Numbered from the stretch's first letter, positions 16,650 through 24,872 are shown. The stretch is DNA of 43,792 nt from an uncultured Candidatus Poseidoniales archaeon (GCA_964441035.1 CAYYKF010000001.1:1-43792); one strand, 5' to 3'. Numbers and translations are program-made. The notes: a model not told the origin generated them from the sequence alone.

Positions 16650-16985
16650 GTATCTACCGGGCACGGCGCAGTCCTTCAATCCGGCGGGAGGAAATCGATG
16701 TGTCCCGGGGCGTAACGGACCGTCTCATTGCCTTGGCTCGTGATCCTGACCCAGCCCCGGGACATCTGTCGGACCGGGGGGTTGTCCCATCAATCATCCC
16801 TTAGTCATGTGGGGACCCATACCCAGTTCGTTACCCCACCTCTTGCACCAGCGCTCATTCCCCGAGGGGTCCCGCCGGTCTTCGATAGGTGGGCTGCCCG
16901 GCATTGGTGCCGCATGCTCATCGCCCAACCCGGCGAGGGAGGGCTCACAGCGGTGTTGCAGCCGGGTGTAATGAACGGCGAGATA
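16650..16985. ncRNA. GC-rich intergenic element, candidate structured RNA (~300-335 nt; family and strand unresolved; SRP RNA and RNase P RNA are the size-appropriate candidates)
   Basis: I counted 193 G+C in 16681-16980 (64%), against about 45-50% in the flanking genes. Complementary segments: TGTCCCGGGGC (16701-11) with GCCCCGGGACA (16754-64); CCGGCGGG (16681-88) with CCCGCCGG (16871-78); CGGCA ttgg TGCCG (16899-16912); GTGGGG (16809-14) with CCCCAC (16834-39); GGCTGC (16892-97) with GCAGCC (16958-63). The only ORF here (16728-17018) has a non-protein-like sequence. Confidence 0.4.
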
Positions 16986-17014
16986 CTATGTTTTGAATGC
17001 TACGAATTGAATTA

Positions 17015-19684
17015 TTAGACATCAAGTGGATTTCGTGACAGTTCTACGTGCCACCCAGATGCCTTCTTTGCGAGGCGCGAAGAAATACGTGAATCGCCGT
17101 CTGTAATGCATGTTGAGTCCTCTGGCGGCCATAAATGAGATGGAACTGCAAGCCACCCAACTCGAGAGTGTGTACGACCAGGTGATGGTTTAGACAATGT
17201 ACGTACTGTTTGCAAGGCATCTCTCAAATCCGCAATCATCTTTGCCCCATCTCCAACGTTTTCACTTTCAAACCAATTGCTCCTTTCTAACAGTCGTTCC
17301 AAACGTGATAACAACGTTCTTCGAACACCTCCATGTTGAGAAATTGTACCACCTGGCAATCTATGATTCTCTTCAATAGGGCGGAGAATTAGTGCAGGCC
17401 AAGCAACGTCCACACTTTCCAAGAAAGCATGAGATTCAATATCATCTGAAAGTACTGTTAGAAGTGTTTCAGCAACAGGGGCCCACCATTCTTCAGGTAG
17501 ACGTTCAACAATCAGGCGCATGATTGTGGAATTAGGTCGTGTATCCAAATTTAACCAATCATCGAGTTGTGCCCACAGATGCAAGTCATGATTGAGTGGT
17601 AAAGAGAATGCTATGCTTCTAGCACGAACTCTCCAATCATCCGGTTCAGATTGTAGATTCTCAGGGACATGTTGTGCAAGCCAATCAATACCAGTTATTG
17701 CTGTTTGGCATCTGTTTGGAGGATGATCGAAAAATCGATCAATGCCCCATTTAGAAATATCATCTTGTTGGGATGCTGTTAACCACGCAGACTCTGCAAA
17801 CAATATACTCGCAATCCATGATGCTTCAGCGCTAGAGGCGGTTTCTCCGGATTGCCGAAGATGATGAGCAACGTTTGAATCCAGTCGAATTCTATTCCTT
17901 ATTGACTCTGAAACCTTATCACTCCATTCCTGTGGAAACTCAATTGCTGCTGTTGCAATTGCAGATATGGGGATGTCAGTTGGTTTCATCAAATCAATCC
18001 ATTCAACCCCTAATTGCACTCCGATTCGTTGCCAACGGCTCCAACGACTATCCGGTGAAGAAGCAATCCACGCTACCAGTGGATGTTGGGCCTCCATGCG
18101 ATTTGCCCAATCCTCATTTCCTGTTGGATAACATAGTACTGCAAATCGTATCAATCTCTCAGTGGATTGATCCGTTGATAATTCTAGATTCGGTAATACT
18201 TCTGAATTACCAAGCATTTGTTTTGATTTTTCAACTTCAAGGGCTGTCGTTGGAATTTCCCAAATGATGTCCTCTGAAAATGTGGTAAAAGCGAGCGAAG
18301 AACCAAGATTTACTGGTATTTTCGCTTCATCGAGTAGAATCATTTGGGACCACATTGAGGGCAATACTGGGTGTGGTGTAAGACGAATATTTGATGGAAA
18401 TTCATCACAACTGGAAACAAGGAGTAGTCGAAAATTCGAAGGTATATTCTTAATCAATTTGTCTGTATTTGTCTTTGCTGATAAAGCCAAATTGAAAATG
18501 TGGTTCGGTTCAGAATTAGCAGCCCATGCAATAATTGTGGATTCTGCAAGGGCTGACAAAGAAGTTGTATCAATCATTTGTCCAGCACTGACACGATCTT
18601 TAGTCCATCTTTTGTCACCCCAATGCTGTCGAAAACGGCGCCATGTAGAATCATCGACCTTTCTTCGTAATTGAATATCATTTGGAGAAATCAAAGCATT
18701 TCGTAGTGACGTCAATCTTTGCATTCTATCAATTGGACGAAGTCGAGGGTGTGAAATTTCAATCCAATACTCAAGCAATTCCAGCGGTAACGGTCTAGAA
18801 CGTGCTGGAAGCAAAGATTGCGGGGCAATTGATATTGCTCCAGCTGCTGCTGCCGATAATAGCGATTCTTTGGATAAGCGGTCAAGGCCGATTCCAAGTA
18901 CCGTAGATGTAGGTCGAATCTCTGGCCCTGCTTGTGAAATTGAGCCTAAACGCCAATTTCCATCCAAGGGAACACCTACAGGTGGAAGTAGTTTTGAATC
19001 TTGGCTAGGCTGCCCAAACCAGGCACCGATTCCCAATTTTAATGGATGAGAATCAATCACTCTATATCGTTGCAAACCCCACACTGGAACTTTGGCCCCC
19101 CAAGCGCTAATGTGACTTGGATTCAAATCTTCAATGGGTGAAGATACTGATTGATACGTCTCTGCATCCAACCATCTTGGCCTTCGCTCACGAGGTTCTG
19201 CCCAAATCCAATCGTATGACTGAATTTCTTCGACAACACCGATCAAATCAGACTCAAGTGGACGATTAGGTAGTGCAATTGGACCATCTTCTGGACGTCG
19301 TATAAATGCAACAAGAATGTTCAGTCCTATGACTGAGACTATACGGCCGAGTGCATTTTCTGGAGGTTGGGAACTATCGAGTGATTTTAATCGAGCAATT
19401 TCGTCCCCTCGGAGTGTATCCCAACCCTTTGCAGTCAAGGCAAGTTGAGCACCACGTGATCCAGTCTCCCCATCTGAATTGACCAACTCTTGAGTTCGTA
19501 ATCTCTTCAATTCTGCCGAGGCGTGAGGCATTCTAAGACCGACTTCTTTCGCAATTTCAGTTACAGTAGCTCTACTCTCACTCAATCTATCCAAAATACG
19601 CCGCCGTACACCGCTTCTAATTCGCCTAACAGAAGGTTTCTGTGTTATATTTAGCTCGATTTTTGAATCAATTTCGTCAGTCAT
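17015..19684 (-). CDS. Large (889 aa) uncharacterised protein with an N-terminal winged helix-turn-helix
   Basis: Residues ~25-95 read RRRILDRLSESRATVTEIAKEVGLRMPHASAELKRLRTQELVNSDGETGSRGAQLALTAKG, an ArsR/MarR-type wHTH pattern. The remaining ~790 aa are Trp/Leu/Ser-rich with no Walker, nuclease or TM motif that I can see. Confidence 0.6.
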   Translation of the reverse strand: MTDEIDSKIELNITQKPSVRRIRSGVRRRILDRLSESRATVTEIAKEVGLRMPHASAELKRLRTQELVNSDGETGSRGAQLALTAKGWDTLRGDEIARLKSLDSSQPPENALGRIVSVIGLNILVAFIRRPEDGPIALPNRPLESDLIGVVEEIQSYDWIWAEPRERRPRWLDAETYQSVSSPIEDLNPSHISAWGAKVPVWGLQRYRVIDSHPLKLGIGAWFGQPSQDSKLLPPVGVPLDGNWRLGSISQAGPEIRPTSTVLGIGLDRLSKESLLSAAAAGAISIAPQSLLPARSRPLPLELLEYWIEISHPRLRPIDRMQRLTSLRNALISPNDIQLRRKVDDSTWRRFRQHWGDKRWTKDRVSAGQMIDTTSLSALAESTIIAWAANSEPNHIFNLALSAKTNTDKLIKNIPSNFRLLLVSSCDEFPSNIRLTPHPVLPSMWSQMILLDEAKIPVNLGSSLAFTTFSEDIIWEIPTTALEVEKSKQMLGNSEVLPNLELSTDQSTERLIRFAVLCYPTGNEDWANRMEAQHPLVAWIASSPDSRWSRWQRIGVQLGVEWIDLMKPTDIPISAIATAAIEFPQEWSDKVSESIRNRIRLDSNVAHHLRQSGETASSAEASWIASILFAESAWLTASQQDDISKWGIDRFFDHPPNRCQTAITGIDWLAQHVPENLQSEPDDWRVRARSIAFSLPLNHDLHLWAQLDDWLNLDTRPNSTIMRLIVERLPEEWWAPVAETLLTVLSDDIESHAFLESVDVAWPALILRPIEENHRLPGGTISQHGGVRRTLLSRLERLLERSNWFESENVGDGAKMIADLRDALQTVRTLSKPSPGRTHSRVGWLAVPSHLWPPEDSTCITDGDSRISSRLAKKASGWHVELSRNPLDV

Positions 19685-19709
19685 ATTGGCCCCATCTAAG
19701 AACGTTCAT
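19677..19709 (-). CDS. 10-codon upstream ORF (MNVLRWGQYD) overlapping the start of the 889-aa gene
   Basis: Minus strand reads GGAGGTGA (19726-19719), a 9-nt spacer, then ATG AAC GTT CTT AGA TGG GGC CAA TAT GAC TGA. The TGA ends 5 nt inside the main ORF, whose own ATG (19684) has no SD. Confidence 0.3.
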   Translation of the reverse strand: MNVLRWGQYD

Positions 19710-19714
19710 GAACG
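19703..19714. promoter_or_regulatory. Perfect 12-bp palindrome CGTTCATGAACG centred on the uORF start codon
   Basis: Read directly from the sequence. It lies in the divergent control region between two wHTH genes, so it is a candidate operator. Confidence 0.35.
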
Positions 19715-19987
19715 GTCCTCACCTCCCCCCATGCATCTTTTGTACTTCAATTATTCTAATTGTTACGTGAAGTTATGTATTTCCACTGGAATTAAGGCCG
19801 GTGTGGAAAAGAAAGTCAGAATTTACCGACATAGAGTTGATTTTCTCGTATCACTACGTAACGAATTAGATTTGGTCGCCCCAACGGTTATATCAACGAC
19901 AGCAATCGCTCGGGTCAGACGGCATGGAAGCGCCCGCGGGAGATATGGTGTCGTCGATGGAAACTGGACAAAATAGGAGGAAAAAAT

Positions 19988-20284
19988 ATGAAAACCGTAA
20001 GAATTCGAGAGAAGATCAAGTCATTCTTGGCAGAGCGCCCGCGCAATACTGCTGAGATTCTAGAACACATTAACAGCACTATGCGACATGGGACAACCAG
20101 CCAGCAGTTGGGTAATGTCCTAAGTAAAGACAAAGATATTGTCAAGGTCGGTTACATCAAGCGTAGTGGCATCCTATCTGGTGGATATGACATCTGCGAA
20201 TGGGCAACCCGCATTTGGGTCGCTGACAATTATCCTGAATGGGATGGACAAGGTCCAATTCTCATGGACAAAAATAAGCGCTAA
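19988..20284 (+). CDS. Small (98 aa) winged-helix-like DNA-binding protein
   Basis: Strong SD (AGGAGG, then a 7-nt spacer, then ATG). RIREKIKSFLAERPRNTAEILEHINSTMRHGTTSQQLGNVLSKDKDIVKVG has an H1-H2-H3-wing pattern. An intrinsic-type terminator follows. Confidence 0.6.
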   Translation: MKTVRIREKIKSFLAERPRNTAEILEHINSTMRHGTTSQQLGNVLSKDKDIVKVGYIKRSGILSGGYDICEWATRIWVADNYPEWDGQGPILMDKNKR

Positions 20285-20300
20285 ACACGCCAGAACAATC

Positions 20301-20344
20301 CGCCGAGTCTTTGACCGTGAAGGTCTAGGGCTCGGCGTTTTTTT
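20301..20344 (+). terminator. Hairpin plus T7 tract terminator
   Basis: CGCCGAG (20301-07), a 23-nt loop, CTCGGCG (20331-37), then TTTTTTT (20338-44). It lies between convergent genes. Confidence 0.6.
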
Positions 20345-20347
20345 GTT

Positions 20348-20557
20348 TCACCAAACGAATGGACTTAACACAAGAAATGCCCCCATCAATGTTCCACCAA
20401 TGATGTTCATCAGGAATATCTTGGGATATTCCTCTCTTGACCCCCAAGAAAATATCTTGCGGATCCAAACTTTCTGATTAAGCATACAATATGCAGCATA
20501 CATCAGTACTAACGCGCCAACTGCAATGCGGATGGAATCAAGTGTTGTGACATCCAT
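20348..20557 (-). CDS. Small (69 aa) two-helix membrane protein
   Basis: It starts 3 nt after the aldolase stop on the same strand. Two hydrophobic helices are present (IRIAVGALVLMYAAYCML and IFLMNIIGGTLMGAFLVLSPFVW). Confidence 0.45.
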   Translation of the reverse strand: MDVTTLDSIRIAVGALVLMYAAYCMLNQKVWIRKIFSWGSREEYPKIFLMNIIGGTLMGAFLVLSPFVW

Positions 20558-20560
20558 CTC

Positions 20561-21577
20561 TCAACCTTCCATCGAAAGGTTCCAATCGCCACTGCGAGCA
20601 AGGGAGTTCATCTTAGCCCGATGTGCGAATGCATTTTGACTATCTTCAGGTGTACCACTAGCCCATGCTTGTAAAGCACTTGCTTGCAAGGCGCGACCAT
20701 AGGAATACGATAATTGCCAAGGGTGTTCAACATCCATTGCATTCATGAGATTCAGGTGTGCAGTTGCATCTTCATCTGACTGACCGCCTGAAAGGAATAC
20801 GATGCCAGCAACATCACCAGGCACATGAGCGGTTAAGCAATTCACCGTCATCTTTGCAACTTCTTCCCTTGAAATTTGGACCACACTACCTTTTCCTGAA
20901 ATAATCATGTTGGGCTTGAGCAAGGCACCAGGAAGATGTACACCTTGGACCTGGCAAGCCTCCCAAGTTGCATCTAGGATTTGTCCTGTGACTGAATAAC
21001 AGGTTTCTGCAGAGTGACCTCCATCCATCAATACCTCTGGTTCAATGATTGGAACAAGACCCTGTTCCTGACAAATAGCTGCATATCTTGCAAGTGCATG
21101 TGCATTTGTTGAGATACATGCTGCACTGGGCATACCCTCGCCGATTTGGATAACTGCGCGCCATTTAGCGAAACGTGCCCCCATGGTAAAATACTCAGAA
21201 CAACGCTCACGAAGGCCATCTAGACCTTCTGTAATCTTCTCACCACTATGACCTGCGAGATCTTTGGCACCAGTATCGACCTTGATACCTGGAATCATGC
21301 CATTTGAAGAAAGGAAGTCAGGGATGCTTGTCCCATCATTCGCACTCTGGCGAATTGTTTCATCGAATAAGATGACGCCACTAACCGCACCCTCACAACC
21401 AACAGTTGCGAATAAATTCGCCCGATAGGCTCGGCGTGCTTCGGCACTAGATTCCAAACCAACGCCTTCGAGCCTTTTTGTCATTGTGCCATTACTTTCG
21501 TCAGCGGCAAGAATCCCTTTGCCAGGTGCCACCAATGCTGCTGCTGTTGCTTCCAGTAGCGCTTTGTCCATGAACAT
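20561..21577 (-). CDS. fba: Class I fructose-1,6-bisphosphate aldolase (Schiff-base, eukaryotic/bacterial 'muscle' type)
   Basis: GKGILAADESNGTMTKRL N-terminal signature, the LLKPNMI Schiff-base lysine block, and FLSGGQSDEDAT. The track start at 21601 is TTG. The ATGs at 21577 and 21571 give the canonical N-terminal length. Confidence 0.9.
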   Translation of the reverse strand: MFMDKALLEATAAALVAPGKGILAADESNGTMTKRLEGVGLESSAEARRAYRANLFATVGCEGAVSGVILFDETIRQSANDGTSIPDFLSSNGMIPGIKVDTGAKDLAGHSGEKITEGLDGLRERCSEYFTMGARFAKWRAVIQIGEGMPSAACISTNAHALARYAAICQEQGLVPIIEPEVLMDGGHSAETCYSVTGQILDATWEACQVQGVHLPGALLKPNMIISGKGSVVQISREEVAKMTVNCLTAHVPGDVAGIVFLSGGQSDEDATAHLNLMNAMDVEHPWQLSYSYGRALQASALQAWASGTPEDSQNAFAHRAKMNSLARSGDWNLSMEG

Positions 21578-21634
21578 ACGAAGTCGTGTCCCATCCTTCA
21601 ATTAATCGTCAGGCAAGTGTCTAATTTCTAGCCG

Positions 21635-22879
21635 TCACTGATCGGTTTCAGTGAATGAAGTCATTGCACCGCTCTTGCGATATTCATTCCACTCTTCTCC
21701 AATTTTTATGGCACGGCCACTAGGCGCCCAAACATCACGCTTCAAAGCCGGACGGAAGGGCATATGTAAGACTCGACGTCCATCTTTCAATTTCTTTCTG
21801 CGTAGCATTCCTAAGCGAACAAATGGCCACAGACAGCGTCGAAATAATCCTGGTGTGTATAACCTCTTCATGAAGAGCAAACCGTCACCTTTCTTGGCTT
21901 GATCCTTCATCCAATAATTGGCAACCATTTTGAAACCACGATTGCCGACTCGATTCATCAACCAACGATTGATTGCACTGGCCTTGACCAGCGGCAAGAG
22001 ATGTTTGCGAACACGCTTTTCATACGGCTCTCCGCCTAGAATATCCTGTGCTGCGTAAACACCTGAAGTGATAGCATAACGCATCCCAAAACCCCACATG
22101 AAATCCTGTAAACCACCTGCCTCGCCGATGTACCAACGGCCATCGTGTACATATTTATCTGGCAATGAAAAATCACCCTTTCCACCGACCCTCTTTATCG
22201 GTTTCCGATTCAATTCATAGTGCTCCTCATACCATGCGATCGTTTCATTGAGATATCTTCCTGTTTTCTTCTGCTTTCTCCAGAGACATGTACAAATTAG
22301 ACCTATGCCATCAATGACAATGAGATATGAATACGCACCTGGTGCCAACTTGTCGTTCAATTGAAAGACTGTGATATTCTCATGAGTGGTTTCAAACACC
22401 TCACCAAACGCTACTGCACTGCTGTCTTTTGGCCCCGCAGCAATGATTTGACATTCTTCTGGAGGTTTTTTCACCCCATAGTGAATATGAACTCCGGCTT
22501 CAACCGCCATTCGCTTGAAACCTTGGTCAATACAATGCTCATCTGTGCCTCGTTCAACAATGCGGAATGCACCATGCGGCCCTGTGAGTGGTTTGGTCAC
22601 AACATCATCTGGATGAATCAAATCAACTTCACTGAAAAGTGTCGATTTGAATGCCTCTGGATTAAGTCCCCACTCTCGCATTTCATCGAATAGACTTGTG
22701 GAACTCGTCCAATTCTCAATGCCTTGGAAATCACCATCGAATCGGGCCCCACTATCCTTTCGAATCTCGTGAACATGTACCTCGCGTCCAGCCTTAGCGA
22801 GGATGGTGGCTGCAGATAATCCTGACAGCCCAGCACCAAGGATATGGATGGGTTCATCAGGCCTCAGATGGGATTGCAT
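21635..22879 (-). CDS. FAD-dependent oxidoreductase, geranylgeranyl-reductase-like
   Basis: IHILGAGLSGLSAATILAKAGREVHVHE dinucleotide fold and the GEAGGLQDFMWGFGMRYAITSG motif. The C-terminal ~90 aa are basic. The start is uncertain (22909 or 22879). Confidence 0.7.
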   Translation of the reverse strand: MQSHLRPDEPIHILGAGLSGLSAATILAKAGREVHVHEIRKDSGARFDGDFQGIENWTSSTSLFDEMREWGLNPEAFKSTLFSEVDLIHPDDVVTKPLTGPHGAFRIVERGTDEHCIDQGFKRMAVEAGVHIHYGVKKPPEECQIIAAGPKDSSAVAFGEVFETTHENITVFQLNDKLAPGAYSYLIVIDGIGLICTCLWRKQKKTGRYLNETIAWYEEHYELNRKPIKRVGGKGDFSLPDKYVHDGRWYIGEAGGLQDFMWGFGMRYAITSGVYAAQDILGGEPYEKRVRKHLLPLVKASAINRWLMNRVGNRGFKMVANYWMKDQAKKGDGLLFMKRLYTPGLFRRCLWPFVRLGMLRRKKLKDGRRVLHMPFRPALKRDVWAPSGRAIKIGEEWNEYRKSGAMTSFTETDQ

Positions 22880-22956
22880 CGGATTTGCGAAGAACCCCTT
22901 TCGCTTCAAGGATTCGACGCCGCTGGATTGAAGGGGAGAAGGTGCTAGAACATGAT

Positions 22957-23373
22957 ATGATACTCATTGAAGCAGCCCCCGATGAGTTGGATGCAGATAG
23001 GCTGCGCTCCAAGTTAAACATAGAGGGATGTGGCAGTATTGTGTCATTTCTCGGCATCGTACGAGGAGAGGAAAATGGAGTCAAAGTACATCAATTGGAA
23101 TTTGAGGCATGGCAAGAAAAACTTCCTGACGTATTATACGAGTTAGGACGGCAAGCAATCGATAAGTTCGGCATAAATGGGGTTGCCATGAGCCACCGAA
23201 CCGGGATTGTCCTACCAGGTGAAGATATTGTATGCATACACGTTTCCAGCCCACACCGAAAAGAAGGGTTTACTGCCTGTGCATGGCTCATCGACGAACT
23301 GAAAAAACAAGCCCCCTTGTGGAAGAAGGAAGTGCGGGCTGACGGCGTACAATGGAAGGAGGGATTGGGTTGA
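22957..23373 (+). CDS. moaE: Molybdopterin synthase catalytic subunit MoaE
   Basis: GSIVSFLGIVRGE, HRTGIVLPGEDIVCIHVSSPHRKEGFTACAWLIDELKKQAPLWKKE. The long track ORF (22885) overlaps the divergent neighbour, so the ATG at 22957 is preferred. Confidence 0.85.
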   Translation: MILIEAAPDELDADRLRSKLNIEGCGSIVSFLGIVRGEENGVKVHQLEFEAWQEKLPDVLYELGRQAIDKFGINGVAMSHRTGIVLPGEDIVCIHVSSPHRKEGFTACAWLIDELKKQAPLWKKEVRADGVQWKEGLG

Positions 23374-23825
23374 GTGATATTGACGGAATCATCCCGGTAG
23401 GACATAAACCAATCATTGAACGAATCGCCGTGGCAACCGGTATTCTCAACTTATCTCCAGATTCAGCAGATGCCATACAAAATGGACTTGTTGCCAAAGG
23501 CGATGTCCTTGAAGCATCTACTGTGGCCGCGATTCAAGCCGTCAAAGATACACCACGAACAATCCCCCACTGTCATGTGATTCCAATCGAAAGTTGCAAT
23601 GTATCGTGGGTTTGGGAAGAGAATAATCTAAGATGTACGGTCACCGTTTCTGCACATTGGAAAACTGGCGTTGAGATGGAAGCCCTATGTGGAGTAAACA
23701 CAGGGTTGCTTTGCGCTTGGGACATGGTGAAATCATTGGAAAAGGATACAGAGGGGCAATATCCAGATACAAGAATCCAAGAAATTCGCGTCATCGAAAA
23801 GCGAAAGGGCCAGCCACAGGATTGA
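23352..23825 (+). CDS. moaC: Cyclic pyranopterin monophosphate synthase MoaC
   Basis: KGDVLEASTVAAIQAVKDTPRTIPHCHVIPI and TGVEMEALCGVNTGLLCAWDMVK blocks. It overlaps the moaE 3' end. The TTG at 23370, after GGAGGG, is an alternative start. Confidence 0.85.
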   Translation: MEGGIGLSDIDGIIPVGHKPIIERIAVATGILNLSPDSADAIQNGLVAKGDVLEASTVAAIQAVKDTPRTIPHCHVIPIESCNVSWVWEENNLRCTVTVSAHWKTGVEMEALCGVNTGLLCAWDMVKSLEKDTEGQYPDTRIQEIRVIEKRKGQPQD

Positions 23826-23850
23826 GAACCCCCACCTTTTCGGAGGAGGC

Positions 23851-24807
23851 ATGACGACCACGTCGGACCTTGCGGACCATTTTCTGCGAGCTTGTGAAGA
23901 TGCTGCAATAGCGGCTGCAAAATGGCGTGGACGCGGAGAGCGGAAAAAGGCAGATGGTGCGGCTGTTGAAGCAATGCGGAAAGTGTTTGACACTGTTCCA
24001 TTTGATGGACGTGTTGCCATCGGAGAAGGTGAACGAGATGATGCACCAATGCTGTACATCGGTGAGCCTCTGGGCTCGATGCAGGGTGTTGAAGGTGCAC
24101 CTCAAATTGATATTGCAGTAGATCCGCTTGAATGCACCAACCACTGTGCCCTTGACTTACCAAACGCGATTGCTGTCCTCGCCGCTGCACCTAGAGGTAC
24201 TCTCCTGCATGCTCCAGATTGTTACATGGACAAAATTGCGGGGGGAGCCGAACTCTGTGGGCATCTCAGTCTAGAAGCAGATGTAGATTGGAACATTGAG
24301 CAAGCTTGTTCAATTCTAGAAAAGAAACCCCATGATCTCAAAGTGGTAGTGATGGACCGACCACGGCATGAGGAATTAATCAAGACTCTACGGGATCTCG
24401 ATGTTGCCGTCCCATTGATTGGAGACGGAGATGTTTCTGCAGCACTCAATGCCGCTGACCCAAATTCAGATATTGACATGCTAATGGGAATTGGTGCTGC
24501 ACCTGAAGGAGTCATTACTGCCGCTGCACTACGTGGGCTAGGTGGACATTTTGAAGGGAAATTGGTAACAACCAACGATGACCACCTGCGCCGAGCCAAA
24601 GAGATGGTTGGCAGTGATCTTGACCGGATATGGAATCGTGATGATTTGTGTCAATCTGATGATGCCATTTTTGTTGCCTCAGGGGTTTGCTCAGGTTATC
24701 TTCCTGGCGTCGAATTTCTTAGTGATGGACGTGTAGCAGTTCATTCTGAAATCTTGCATGTTTCTGATGGAACACGCCAATTTGTTTCATCCGAGAAACA
24801 ATTCTAA
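23851..24807 (+). CDS. glpX: Class II fructose-1,6-bisphosphatase (GlpX type)
   Basis: FLRACEDAAIAAAKWRGRGERKKADGAAVEAMRKVF...GRVAIGEGERDDAPMLYIGE and GIGAAPEGVITAAALRGLGG are GlpX signature blocks. Length is 318 aa. Confidence 0.9.
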   Translation: MTTTSDLADHFLRACEDAAIAAAKWRGRGERKKADGAAVEAMRKVFDTVPFDGRVAIGEGERDDAPMLYIGEPLGSMQGVEGAPQIDIAVDPLECTNHCALDLPNAIAVLAAAPRGTLLHAPDCYMDKIAGGAELCGHLSLEADVDWNIEQACSILEKKPHDLKVVVMDRPRHEELIKTLRDLDVAVPLIGDGDVSAALNAADPNSDIDMLMGIGAAPEGVITAAALRGLGGHFEGKLVTTNDDHLRRAKEMVGSDLDRIWNRDDLCQSDDAIFVASGVCSGYLPGVEFLSDGRVAVHSEILHVSDGTRQFVSSEKQF

Positions 24808-24824
24808 CGGCCCCGAAGGGGCCG
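24808..24824 (+). terminator. GC-rich 7-bp stem / GAA triloop hairpin directly after the glpX stop
   Basis: TAA CGGCCCC GAA GGGGCCG. No oligo-T follows. Confidence 0.35.
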
Positions 24825-24872
24825 GATTCTCACTGCGGCGGTTTCATATGCCGGTTCTGAATCCCCCTGAAT

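Noticed and set aside
16725-16756. Similarity of minus-strand GGUCAGGAUCACGAGCCAAGGCAAUGA to the 4.5S/SRP helix-8 string GGUCAGGUCCGGAAGGAAGCAGCCAAGGCAGAUGA
   Set aside because: The segment between CAGG and GCC is 7 nt instead of ~14. It cannot form the stem, GNAR tetraloop and AGCA loop, so it is not sufficient to call SRP RNA.
16728-17018. 96-aa plus-strand ORF inside the GC-rich island
   Set aside because: The translation (MPWLVILTQPRDICRTGGLSHQSSLSH...) has no protein-like periodicity. The region is better explained as structured RNA, and the ORF runs into the 3' end of the neighbouring gene.
19686-19976. 96-aa plus-strand ORF in the divergent control region
   Set aside because: It has a TTG start and no SD. 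It fills the promoter region between two divergent genes and has an implausible composition.
23573-24190. 205-aa minus-strand ORF (and nested 108/117-aa ORFs)
   Set aside because: It is antisense to the well-supported moaC 3' end and glpX. The sequence is low-complexity and Gln/His/Leu/Ser-rich, with no motifs.
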